Assembly: GCA_021789945.1 (NCBI GenBank)
Contig: JAJYIS010000002.1
Location: 5,379 to 69,378 of the forward strand
From: Thermoplasmata archaeon
Lineage (GTDB): Archaea; Thermoplasmatota; Thermoplasmata; UBA10834
Direction of reading: 5' to 3'
Length of the DNA: 64,000 bases
Translations under genes and position numbers: made by a program
Shown here: positions 19,737 through 28,813 of the stretch, one piece after another
How positions within the stretch are numbered: the stretch's first letter is position 1
Layout of the letters: the number at the start of each line of letters is the position of its first letter
The notes under the pieces: model-generated
What the model saw: the letters and a program-made list of their open reading frames with translations, nothing else
What the model was told of the DNA's origin: nothing
Databases searched by the model: none

Positions 19737-20332
19737 ATCGCATCCTCCGCGATCTTGACGAAGTTGGAGAGCACCTTCAGCCCCGGGAGGCCGCTCTTCT
19801 CCGGGTGGAACTGGACGCCGCACACCGCGCCCTTGCGGACTGCTGAGGCGAACCGCTCGCCGTACTCCGTCTCCCCGATGGTCACTTCCTCCTCGGGACG
19901 GCACACGTAGGAGTTCGCGAAATAAAACTCCGACCCCGGCGGGACACCGTCGAAGAGCGGGTCGTCATCCCAGGACACCTCGTTCCAGCCCATGTGTGGC
20001 ACTCTGGCCGCACTGAGCCTCTCCACCTCTCCCTTGAACACGCTCAGTCCATCCCCGGGAGACTCCTCGCTCCTCTCGAACATGATCTGCATTCCAAGGC
20101 AGACGCCGAGCGCCGGTGTCCCGGACGTGATGGACCTCCTGATGGACTCGGACGCCGGCCCGAGCTTCTCCACAGCGGCTCCAAAGGCCCCCACGCCGGG
20201 GAACACGATGCACTCCGAGCCCGCGAGCCTGGACATGTCCTTGACGACACGAATCTTCGCGCCTGACCGCTCGATGGCCTTCGATATGCTGTGCAGGTTG
20301 CCCACCCCGTAGTCCGCGATCGACACCATCAT
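19733..20332 (-). CDS. hisH: Imidazole glycerol phosphate synthase, glutaminase subunit
   Basis: DYGVGNL, PGVG, GVCLGMQ, VPHMGWN, QFHPEKS. Confidence 0.95.
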   Translation of the reverse strand: MMVSIADYGVGNLHSISKAIERSGAKIRVVKDMSRLAGSECIVFPGVGAFGAAVEKLGPASESIRRSITSGTPALGVCLGMQIMFERSEESPGDGLSVFKGEVERLSAARVPHMGWNEVSWDDDPLFDGVPPGSEFYFANSYVCRPEEEVTIGETEYGERFASAVRKGAVCGVQFHPEKSGLPGLKVLSNFVKIAEDAI

Positions 20333-21396
20333 CTCGCGACACCTTCCAAGTAGCGGTCAAGCCTGACAAGCAGCTTGTCGAGCATCGGCCTCGGGCCGAT
20401 GGTGATCCGGATGTGGTTCTCCAGGAGCGGGTACGAGTTCAGGTCCCTGATCGCCACGCCCTCGGCCCTCAGGGCAGACACCAGGTCCGGCCCCTTGACG
20501 GGGCACTTGCACAGCAGGAAGTTGCAGCTCGATGGGTAGACCTTGAAGCCGAGCCCCTCGAGCTTGGGCCGCAGATAGGATATCTCGCCGCGCACTCTCG
20601 ACACGACCGAGTTCACCCAGTCGTGGTTGTCCAATGCCTTCACGGCGACGGCTTCCGAGAACGAGTTGAGCCCGAACGGAGTCCTGAACTGGCGTAGCTC
20701 GTCCACTATCTCCTTCCTGGCAATCGCGAACCCCACCCTGAGGCCGGCGGCACCGTAGGCCTTCGAGAGCGTCCGAACGTCGATCCCTGTCTGACTGTCC
20801 ATCACGTCCTTGAGCGTCGAGGTCCCGGCGAAGTCCGAGTACGCCTCGTCTATCATCACCACGCCCGACGCCTGGACGAGCAGCCTCCTGACTGCCGCGG
20901 GATCGAAGAGGTTCGCCGTCGGGTTGTTGGGCTGGCATATCGAGATGATCTTGGGCCTCTCCTCCAGGATCGCATCCGCGGGCAGGGAGAATTCCTGCCC
21001 GAGGACCTTCTCGACCGGCCTCGCGAGGTGGAGGTTCGCATAGAATTTGTACATGCTGAATGTGGGAGTCGGCGAGCAGAACACGTCGCCGGGGTTGAGG
21101 AAGCATTTCGAAGCGATGTCGAGTATCTCGTCGGAACCGTTCCCCACGATGACCTCGTCCGCAGAGACGCCGAACTCCGAGGCGATCCTCTCCCTCAGCG
21201 ATCTCGAGCTCTCGCTGGGGTAGGATGACAGCCTGCTGAAGTCGAACGACTCGGCGACCTCCTGTATCGCGGGGTTCGCCCCGAAGAGGTTGGCGTTGTC
21301 GTTCAGGAGGACCATGTCGTCCCCGGAAAGCGAGTACGAGGGCTTGGTCAGGGCCTCGAGCGTTCTTCGTTTCAATTCCCCGATCGACGGCATCAT
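20329..21396 (-). CDS. hisC: Histidinol-phosphate aminotransferase
   Basis: GNGSDE, PNNPT, DEAY, RTLSKAYGAAGLRVG. Confidence 0.92.
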   Translation of the reverse strand: MMPSIGELKRRTLEALTKPSYSLSGDDMVLLNDNANLFGANPAIQEVAESFDFSRLSSYPSESSRSLRERIASEFGVSADEVIVGNGSDEILDIASKCFLNPGDVFCSPTPTFSMYKFYANLHLARPVEKVLGQEFSLPADAILEERPKIISICQPNNPTANLFDPAAVRRLLVQASGVVMIDEAYSDFAGTSTLKDVMDSQTGIDVRTLSKAYGAAGLRVGFAIARKEIVDELRQFRTPFGLNSFSEAVAVKALDNHDWVNSVVSRVRGEISYLRPKLEGLGFKVYPSSCNFLLCKCPVKGPDLVSALRAEGVAIRDLNSYPLLENHIRITIGPRPMLDKLLVRLDRYLEGVAR

Positions 21397-22679
21397 CTCA
21401 CCCTCCAGTGCGCGCGCGCGACAGCCGCATCCGCGTGCGCATGCAGCCCTTCGGCACGGGCCAGAACATCTACCACTCTCGAAAGCTTTGCTGCGCCGTC
21501 CCTGTTGATGCCCTGATACGGAATTACTTTGAGGAAGTCGAACACGGACAGGGAGGACCGCATCGAGGCGGTCCCCGCGGTCGGGAGGATGTGATTCGGC
21601 CCTGAGCAGTAGTCGCCGAACACCACGGATGACCACCCACCGAGGAAGACGGAGCCAGCGTTGGTTATCTTGCCGAAGACCACCTTCGGATTCTCTGTGT
21701 CTATGAGCAGGTGCTCCGGGGCGTACTCGTTGGAGAACTCAATCGCCCGTCCGATGCTGTCCGCTACGACGAATATCGCACCGTTCTCGGCCGCCTTCGA
21801 TGCGATCGGCTCCCTCGGGGTGCGCGCGATCAGCTCACCGAGCCGGGCCCTCGCCTCTTCAGCGACGGCCTGAGACGCGGACACCAGAACCGCCCGGGCC
21901 ATCGGATCGTGCTCCAGCTGCGCCAGCATGTCCCACGCGACCATCTGAGGGTCCGCCTTCGAGTCCGCGATTATGAGGACCTCGGAGGGGCCCGCGAGGA
22001 AATCTATCTCGCAATCCGCCCTCACCAGCATCTTAGCGGCGGACACGATCATGCTCCCTGGCCCGACTATCTTCTGCACCCGGCGCACCGATTTCGTGCC
22101 GTACGCCAACGCCGCGACCGCGTGAGCTCCCCCGACGGGGTGTACCTCTCGGACGCCGCATAGGTGGGCCGCCGCGAGGATTTCGCTCGAGACCGAAGGA
22201 CCCTTGGCCGGCGTGCAGATTGAGACCTCCTTGACCCCCGCCACCTTTGCTGGGATGCAGGCCATGAGCACGGAGGACATGTACGCCGCGGTGCCCCCGG
22301 GTACGTACACGCCCACCCTCTCCAGAGGAACGACCTTCTGGCCGTACACTCCGTTCAGGTCGCCGAACTCGAACGACGCGAGCTTCTGCCTGGAGTGGAA
22401 CTCCTCTATCCGCCTGCGGCAGACCTCGAGGGCGTCAATGATTCCCTTGGGGACCTTGCCGACCGAGCCGGCAATCTCCCCCTCGGGCACGGTGAGCGAG
22501 GTCCCGGAATACCGGTCGAACTCCTTCGCGAAGCCCAGGAGCGAGGCGTCGCCCCCGCGCCTGACGGAATCGATTATCGCCCTGGCCCTTCCGATCGCCT
22601 CGGTCATGTCGGTGCTGCCACGCGACAGGACCGACCTCCTGTCGGCCTCCGTCATTGCGCTCAGCCGGTACTCGATCAT
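21393..22679 (-). CDS. hisD: Histidinol dehydrogenase
   Basis: [35 protein letters not shown]. Confidence 0.95.
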   Translation of the reverse strand: MIEYRLSAMTEADRRSVLSRGSTDMTEAIGRARAIIDSVRRGGDASLLGFAKEFDRYSGTSLTVPEGEIAGSVGKVPKGIIDALEVCRRRIEEFHSRQKLASFEFGDLNGVYGQKVVPLERVGVYVPGGTAAYMSSVLMACIPAKVAGVKEVSICTPAKGPSVSSEILAAAHLCGVREVHPVGGAHAVAALAYGTKSVRRVQKIVGPGSMIVSAAKMLVRADCEIDFLAGPSEVLIIADSKADPQMVAWDMLAQLEHDPMARAVLVSASQAVAEEARARLGELIARTPREPIASKAAENGAIFVVADSIGRAIEFSNEYAPEHLLIDTENPKVVFGKITNAGSVFLGGWSSVVFGDYCSGPNHILPTAGTASMRSSLSVFDFLKVIPYQGINRDGAAKLSRVVDVLARAEGLHAHADAAVARAHWRVR

Positions 22680-22680
22680 G

Positions 22681-23547
22681 TCAGAGTACCATCCTGTCAA
22701 TCGGCACGACCAGTATTCCGGTGGCGCCCACGCTCTTCAGCATCGAGATCACTCCGTTGACCTCGTCCTCGTTCGTGACGGCGTGGATTGCGACCATGTC
22801 ATCCCTGCCCATGATGTTCATGACGGTCGGGCCAGAGACCCCGGGAAGGAGCGTCTTGAGGCTCGGCAGGCTGGCCTTGGGCACGTTGGCCATGAGGTAG
22901 CGCTTCCTCGACGCGTTCATCACGCTCTCGATGGCGCTCGTGACCTCCTCGATCCGGGCGCGCTTCTCCTCCATCGACCTCTTGTTCCCGATGAGCACGG
23001 CGACGGATTCGAGTATCACGCCCACCTCCTTCAGGTGGTTCAGTTTCAGGGTCGAGCCCGTCTCTGCGAGATCGACTATCATGTCAGCAAGGCCGATCTG
23101 CGGGGCGACCTCCGCCGCCCCCGACACCTCCGCGACCTTCACCTGCAACCCCTTTCCCGCGAAGAACGCCCTCGTCAGGTTCGGAAAGCATGTCGCGACG
23201 GTGCTCCCGTCGCGGACATCGCTCACATCGTCGATGGCCGACTCGTCCGGCACCGCGACGACGAGCCTGCACCGGCCGAAGTCGAGGCCCATGAGCTGCT
23301 GCACGTCCCTCCCAGTCTCGCTGACGAGGTCAAGTCCGGTTATCCCCAGGTCAGCGGCGCCCATCTCCACGAACTCAGGTATGTCCTGGGCCCTGGCGAG
23401 GAGTATCTGGTACCTCCCCTTCCCGAACTCTGCGAGGAGCGTGCGGTTGCTCGACTCGGGCACGGGGAACCCTATCCTGTTCATCAGCCTGATCGCGCTC
23501 TGGTTCAGCCTTCCCTTGTTCGGGAGGGCGATCCTGACCATCGTCAT
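22681..23547 (-). CDS. hisG: ATP phosphoribosyltransferase, long form
   Basis: IALPNKGRL, DLGITG.D, GAAEVAP, DLAETGSTL, and a C-terminal regulatory domain (PT). Confidence 0.95.
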   Translation of the reverse strand: MTMVRIALPNKGRLNQSAIRLMNRIGFPVPESSNRTLLAEFGKGRYQILLARAQDIPEFVEMGAADLGITGLDLVSETGRDVQQLMGLDFGRCRLVVAVPDESAIDDVSDVRDGSTVATCFPNLTRAFFAGKGLQVKVAEVSGAAEVAPQIGLADMIVDLAETGSTLKLNHLKEVGVILESVAVLIGNKRSMEEKRARIEEVTSAIESVMNASRKRYLMANVPKASLPSLKTLLPGVSGPTVMNIMGRDDMVAIHAVTNEDEVNGVISMLKSVGATGILVVPIDRMVL

Positions 23548-23640
23548 CTCAACACGCCTCCGGATGCCAGGCCCGCCAGAGCTCCCTCTGCGAGGAAGAC
23601 ATCGAGAATCGCTTCGGCGCGCAGGCTGGTGCGGGTGAGC

Positions 23641-23682
23641 CTACCCGTGAAGGCAATCAAACATGACCTTCTCGTCCGCCAT
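23641..23682 (-). promoter_or_regulatory. Candidate leader uORF MADEKVMFDCLHG* in the his operon 5' leader
   Basis: ATG at 23682 lies downstream of TATA-like ATAAATA (23728-23722) and AGAGG. The TAG stop is in frame with hisG and overlaps a CGGGT/ACCCG hairpin. Confidence 0.4.
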
Positions 23683-23927
23683 GTCCGTGCGCCTCTAGCA
23701 CTGTGCCCAAGCCCTGATTGGTATTTATTGATTCTGTCCGAGGGGCAACACTGGATGCATCTGATTGTACATTGGGGGGTGCCGAGACAATCCTGCAGAC
23801 GCCCGCGCCCTGACATTATCATCGTTGGGAACGACGCCCAATAGCTTCATATTCGCACATCGACCTGCGCTCACTGGGACGAATTCCGGAGGGTGTCCGG
23901 AGGACTCGACCCAGCTAGCTGGACGAG

Positions 23928-25241
23928 ATGACAGGAGAGGAAAAGGCGAACAAGAGCCCAGGCCAGGAAAGGAACTTGTCCGTGGCCAGCATCTTGGAGG
24001 TCACGTCCGATTTCCTTTATGTCGAGAGCGTGGACGCCATCCTCCAGAAGATCGTCAAGACCGTCTCGGAGACATATGGGCTCGCGCGGGTGCACGTCGG
24101 CATCCGAGAGGACGAGACCGGCCTCTTCAGCGTCAGGGCCGCGTACGGCTTCGACCAGAAGACCGAGGAGCAGCTGAAGAGGGTCAAGTACACGAACGAG
24201 AGGATGAACAGGGACCTCAAGCCGGAGCTCAAGATCGGAAGGAACGCGTACTATGTTCCGGCCGAGGATTGGGAGCCGGACGAAGAGGACATGATGTTCG
24301 TGGCCCATCCCGAGAGGTTGGACCGCGCCCGGAGCCTCCCGGACGACTGGCTCGAGTGCGACTACATCGACTTCCTGATGTACGAGAAGGACGGGAGCCT
24401 GCTCGGATACCTGGAGATCGACGAGCCCGACGATCACAAGGTCCCCTCCGAGGAGACCATCAGGGCGATAGAGGTCTTCACCGACCTCGCGGCGATCGCG
24501 ATCCAGAACGCGAGGCTCTACAGCAAGGTGCGCGACGAGGGCAAGAAGATCGAGCTGCTCCTGGACCTCATAGGGCACGATGTGAACAACTACGCGCAGG
24601 CGGTCAGCGGGTTCATCGAGCTGGCGATGGCCCGTTCGGACGTACCACAGCCCGCGCGCAAGAGCCTCGCGAAGGCCCATGACCAGGTCCTCAACCTGAA
24701 CAAGCTCGTCAGGAACGTGAAGGTCTATGCGAAGGTGGAGTCTCCGAGCGCGAGGGAGGTCCACTCGCTCGACATCCTCGACATCATCAAGGAGGCCTTC
24801 GAGACAGTTCAGTCATCCACTCGGAACAAGAGCGTCGTGATGGTGCTGGAGGACGACGGGACGAAGAAGTGCTCGGACATGAACCACCTCGCCAAGGACA
24901 TCTTCGTGAACCTCTTCTCGAACGCGGTCAAGTTCGACGACCATGAGACCGTGGAGATCGGGGTGGACCTCAGGGGCGTGACCAAGGATAGGCTAGAGTA
25001 CTGGCAGGTCTCGGTCTCCGACCACGGGCCGGGGATAGATGACTCCCTGAAGACGGCAATATTCGACAGGTTCATCCAGGGACCTTCGGCATCCATCGGG
25101 AGCGGCCTGGGCCTTCACATCGCGAAGACGCTTGTCGGGACCTTCAAAGGAAGGATCTGGGTCGAGGACAGGGTCCAGGGCGAGCCCTCCAAGGGGAGCG
25201 TCTTCAGGGTCCTTCTGCCAGAATCAAAGTGCGTGGTCTAG
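23928..25241 (+). CDS. GAF-domain sensor histidine kinase
   Basis: GAF ending LAAIAIQNARLY; H-box IGHDVNN; N-box NLFSNAVKF; DHGPGI; GSGLGL; GSVF. Confidence 0.9.
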   Translation: MTGEEKANKSPGQERNLSVASILEVTSDFLYVESVDAILQKIVKTVSETYGLARVHVGIREDETGLFSVRAAYGFDQKTEEQLKRVKYTNERMNRDLKPELKIGRNAYYVPAEDWEPDEEDMMFVAHPERLDRARSLPDDWLECDYIDFLMYEKDGSLLGYLEIDEPDDHKVPSEETIRAIEVFTDLAAIAIQNARLYSKVRDEGKKIELLLDLIGHDVNNYAQAVSGFIELAMARSDVPQPARKSLAKAHDQVLNLNKLVRNVKVYAKVESPSAREVHSLDILDIIKEAFETVQSSTRNKSVVMVLEDDGTKKCSDMNHLAKDIFVNLFSNAVKFDDHETVEIGVDLRGVTKDRLEYWQVSVSDHGPGIDDSLKTAIFDRFIQGPSASIGSGLGLHIAKTLVGTFKGRIWVEDRVQGEPSKGSVFRVLLPESKCVV

Positions 25242-25405
25242 CTAGGGTATACAACGCCCAGGACCAGCACCAGGACCGACACGCCTATGCACAGGCCGAC
25301 GACGATCCACGGGTTGACCTTCAGGGCCTTGTCGTCCTCTGAGTCGAAGTACCGGATGAGACCGGCTGCCGAGTGAAATCCTTCGCCCTTCTTATTCTTC
25401 GCCAT
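25238..25405 (-). CDS. secG: Preprotein translocase subunit Sec61beta/SecG (55 aa, below ORF-track cutoff)
   Basis: MAKNKKGEGFHSAAGLIRYFDSEDDKALKVNPWIVV..., with the archaeal Sec61beta AGLIRYF motif and a single TM. Confidence 0.88.
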   Translation of the reverse strand: MAKNKKGEGFHSAAGLIRYFDSEDDKALKVNPWIVVGLCIGVSVLVLVLGVVYPS

Positions 25406-25637
25406 CCGTCTCGAGCCACCTATTGAAGGATTCGATATTTAAACGTTTACTGCAGGATTCGAGGCGCCGGGAGCCGTCCAGATGTCGATAGCCCTTCTTG
25501 TCGACATGAGGATAATTATTATATAATCACTAAACAAATTGTGATGTCCCTGTCTGGCCAAGCGGACGGAGCTCCGCATGCGGCGGAACAGGCGCGCAGT
25601 TGGCTCGTGGCCGAATGCGGCTGAAGGAGGGTCTACC

Positions 25638-26012
25638 ATAGCAACGGTGTTCCTAGTCGACGACGAAAAGTTCATCGTCGACCTCTACAAGGATATCTTG
25701 GAGGCGAACGGCCACACCGTCATCGCTGTGGCGTCCGACGGCGAGGAAGCGGTCCAGAAGTACAAGGAGATGAAGGAGAAGCCCGTGGTCATCATCATGG
25801 ACCAGAGGATGCCGGTCAAGGACGGCGTCAGCGCGACGCAGGAGATCCTCAAAATAAACCCCAAGGCCACGATATTCTTCGGAAGCGCGGACCTCCACAT
25901 CGAGAAGGAGGCCATGGCCGCGGGCGCGAAGGGGTTCCTTCTGAAACCATTCAGGATCGAGGAGCTCTTGGAAGCGATAAGCGAGGCAGCGAGCTCCCAG
26001 GCTAAGAGTTAG
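25638..26012 (+). CDS. Single-domain response regulator (CheY-like); probable ATA start
   Basis: VFLVDDE, IMDQRMP..DG, GAKGFLLKPF; GGAGG lies 7 nt before ATA at 25638. Confidence 0.88.
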   Translation: MATVFLVDDEKFIVDLYKDILEANGHTVIAVASDGEEAVQKYKEMKEKPVVIIMDQRMPVKDGVSATQEILKINPKATIFFGSADLHIEKEAMAAGAKGFLLKPFRIEELLEAISEAASSQAKS

Positions 26013-26050
26013 CGAAGCTGGTCCCGCAGCTACTGGCTTCGCCCGATTTT
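26012..26050 (+). terminator. Hairpin followed by a short T-run
   Basis: GCGAAGC...GCTTCGC stem (26012-26042) then CCGATTTT, directly after the response regulator stop. Confidence 0.4.
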
Positions 26051-26169
26051 GACGAGATGAGAGACATGAACGAGAGTGAGAACACGAGAGAAGAGAGGTG
26101 CGCGAGCGGCCTATGTTTAAGTAGGCCGGCAGGATATCAGACGACTGCACCCCGCAGGGGCGATGAGTG

Positions 26170-27654
26170 ATGGCAGAAGACGAGAGCGACCTCAAGGCGC
26201 AGAGGAGGAGGAAGCTCAAGGATCTCCAGGCGAAGGGGCTGGACCCGTTCGCTAGGTACAGGTTCGATCGGACGCACGGCACCGCGAGCCTCAAGAAGGC
26301 CTTCGAGAAGGTGGGCGCCGACCGGAGCTCGGAGGAGGTCCGGATAGCCGGCAGGCTGATGGGCATGAGGCTCCACGGAAAGGCTGGCTTCGCGGACCTC
26401 TCGGACAGGGACGGCCGGGTGCAGGTATACTTCAAGCTCGACGACCTCGGCAAGGAGAAGTTCGAGCTGTTCAAGACCCTCGAGATCGGGGACGTCGTGG
26501 GCCTTACGGGCAACGTATTCCGGACCAAGATGGGCGAGATCACGGTCGCGATCAGGGAGTTCGAGATACTGTCGAAGGCGATCATGCCGTACCCCGAGAA
26601 GTTCCACGGGCTCCAGGACGTACAGATGAGGTACCGGCAGCGGTACCTCGACCTGATCATGAACCAGGACGTCCGCGAGAAGTTCATCACGAGGAGCAGG
26701 ATGATCGCGTTCATGCGCGACTGGCTCAACGAGCGGGGGTTCCTGGAGGTCGAGACGCCGATCCTGCAGCCTCTCTACGGAGGCGCGCTCGCGCGCCCGT
26801 TCAAGACGCACCACAACTTCCTGGACATGGACCTATACCTCAGGATAGCGACCGAGCTGTACCTGAAGAGGTGCATAGTCGGGGACCTCGAGAAGGTCTA
26901 CGAGATAGGCCACAACTTCAGGAACGAGGACATCGACGCGCAGCACTATCCAGAGTACACGTCCATGGAGCTGTACCAGGCGTACGCTGACTACACGGAC
27001 ATCATGGACCTGACGGAGTCGCTCCTCTACGACACCGCGAAGCACCTGCTCGGCACCGACCAGATCAAGTACGGGGACAAGACCCTGGACTTCTCGAGGC
27101 CGTGGGCGAGGATCACCATGCACGATGCCATCCAGAAGTACCTCGGCCTGGACATCGAGAAGCTCAAGACGCTCGAGGACGCGAAGGAGGCCGCGAAGAA
27201 GCTCGGCGTCAGGGACATCGACGGGTGTCACCAGCTCGGGCTGGCGATCTTCGAGATCTTCGACCAGAAGGTGCAGCCGCTGATCATCAACCCGACCTTC
27301 GTGATAGACCACCCGATCGAGATCTCCCCGCTGGCCAAGAGGAAGAGGGGCAACCCATCCCTTGTGGAGCGGTTCGAGCTGTTCATCAACGGCTGGGAGT
27401 TCGCCAATGCGTACTCTGAGCTGAACGACCCCGAGGAGCAGGAGCAGAGGTTCAGGGAGCAGGACAGGCTGAAGCAGGAGGGCGACGAGGAGGCGCACCC
27501 GATAGACATGGACTACGTCCAGGCGCTGGAGTGCGGCCTTCCGCCGACCGGAGGCCTCGGGATAGGCATAGACCGGTTCGCGATGCTCATGACCAACTCG
27601 CCGTCGATCAAGGAAGTCATCCTGTTCCCCCATATGAAGCCGGAATCGGTCTAG
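26170..27654 (+). CDS. lysS: Lysine--tRNA ligase, class II
   Basis: OB-fold, RYRQRYLDL, FLEVETP, YLRIATELYLKR, FRNE, GLPPTGGLGIGIDR. Confidence 0.97.
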   Translation: MAEDESDLKAQRRRKLKDLQAKGLDPFARYRFDRTHGTASLKKAFEKVGADRSSEEVRIAGRLMGMRLHGKAGFADLSDRDGRVQVYFKLDDLGKEKFELFKTLEIGDVVGLTGNVFRTKMGEITVAIREFEILSKAIMPYPEKFHGLQDVQMRYRQRYLDLIMNQDVREKFITRSRMIAFMRDWLNERGFLEVETPILQPLYGGALARPFKTHHNFLDMDLYLRIATELYLKRCIVGDLEKVYEIGHNFRNEDIDAQHYPEYTSMELYQAYADYTDIMDLTESLLYDTAKHLLGTDQIKYGDKTLDFSRPWARITMHDAIQKYLGLDIEKLKTLEDAKEAAKKLGVRDIDGCHQLGLAIFEIFDQKVQPLIINPTFVIDHPIEISPLAKRKRGNPSLVERFELFINGWEFANAYSELNDPEEQEQRFREQDRLKQEGDEEAHPIDMDYVQALECGLPPTGGLGIGIDRFAMLMTNSPSIKEVILFPHMKPESV

Positions 27655-27663
27655 AAGGGTCTG

Positions 27664-28509
27664 ATGATGGATGCCGGAGGCACGGTCATCGAACGCCTTG
27701 ACCCTTCCAGGCTCGACGAGCTCATAGAGGTCCAGACCGAGATCTTCACGGACTACATCATGCCGATGAAGGTCACGCGGGAGTTCTTCCTCGATTTCCT
27801 CATGTCCGTCGGAGGGGACCTGAGGAACGTCTTGGTCGCGACCAGGAACGGGAAGATTGTGGGATACATCAACCCCGTCATCGACGCCAGGGAGGGGTGG
27901 ATCGGCGGAGTCGGGGTCGTGCCCTCGCTCAGGAAGAGGGGCATCGGCACCATGCTGATGAAGGCCGGGGAGGAGCTCTGCAGGTCGAAGGGGGTCTCGG
28001 ACCTGTACCTCGAGGTCATCGAAGGCAACAACCGGGCGCAGAAGCTCTACCAGAGGCTCGGCTTCTCCGCCACCCGGAAGTTCCTGACGGCCGAGGGGAG
28101 GCCGACCAAGTTCGAGGGGTTCGGGGCAATGCCCGGCCGCGCGAGCATGTCGGATATCATCGCGCTCCATGCGAAAAGCTACAAGGACACCTGCTGGCAG
28201 AGGAGGAAGATCGAGTCGCTGGTTCAGTCCGCGCGTGCGTCCGACTGTTACAAGGTGGAAGGTGGGTTCGTCATGACCAGGACGGTCGACACGAGCGGGT
28301 TCATACCGTTCCTTGGAGTGCTTCCTGAGACGAGGGGGAAGGGCATCGGGACCTCCTTGGCCAGGTTCGCGCTGAGCCGGCTATGGGAGCAGGGGGCGTT
28401 CAAGGTCGTGCTGTACAACGTGAACGAGGACCTGCCCACGCAGCGGATGCTGGACAAGTTCGATTTCAAGGTGACGATGAAGCAGGTCGAGATGTTCAGG
28501 AGGATCTGA
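27664..28509 (+). CDS. Tandem GNAT acetyltransferase
   Basis: GVVPSLRKRGIG and GVLPETRGKGIG acetyl-CoA motifs; N..A..LY...GF. Confidence 0.85.
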   Translation: MMDAGGTVIERLDPSRLDELIEVQTEIFTDYIMPMKVTREFFLDFLMSVGGDLRNVLVATRNGKIVGYINPVIDAREGWIGGVGVVPSLRKRGIGTMLMKAGEELCRSKGVSDLYLEVIEGNNRAQKLYQRLGFSATRKFLTAEGRPTKFEGFGAMPGRASMSDIIALHAKSYKDTCWQRRKIESLVQSARASDCYKVEGGFVMTRTVDTSGFIPFLGVLPETRGKGIGTSLARFALSRLWEQGAFKVVLYNVNEDLPTQRMLDKFDFKVTMKQVEMFRRI

Positions 28510-28576
28510 TTCCGACGGCTTAAGGCGAAATGCCAATAAGCAACGCGGTTTCTAGCATCGCCAAGGAGGTAGCACG

Positions 28577-28804
28577 ATGTTCTCCCACTGCCCGGGATCG
28601 AGGATCTTCTCCGAGCCCGTACCAGAGCCCATCATCTGTCCCCACTGCGGCAAGGAGGTGGAGATATTCACCAACGAGCAGTCGATGAGATGCTACTTCT
28701 GCGGCGGGCTCGTGACCAGGGAGCGGCACCCCAGCTGCTTCGACTGGTGCAAGTACGCCGACATATGCAGGGCGCACATAGAGGCCGAGAGAAAGAAGAT
28801 ATGA
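28577..28804 (+). CDS. Small Cys-rich zinc-ribbon protein
   Basis: GGAGG SD; CPG, CPHCG, CYFCG, SCFDWCKYADIC. Confidence 0.75.
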   Translation: MFSHCPGSRIFSEPVPEPIICPHCGKEVEIFTNEQSMRCYFCGGLVTRERHPSCFDWCKYADICRAHIEAERKKI

Positions 28805-28813
28805 GGCCGCGGC

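Noticed and set aside
23544-23822. 92-aa ORF upstream of hisG
   Set aside because: It spans the probable TATA box, has no recognisable motif and has atypical composition.
26057-26170. 37-codon uORF ending at the lysS start (MRDMNESE...)
   Set aside because: It crosses the likely lysS TATA (TTTAAG ~26116) and contains no Lys codons, so it is unlikely to be a leader peptide.
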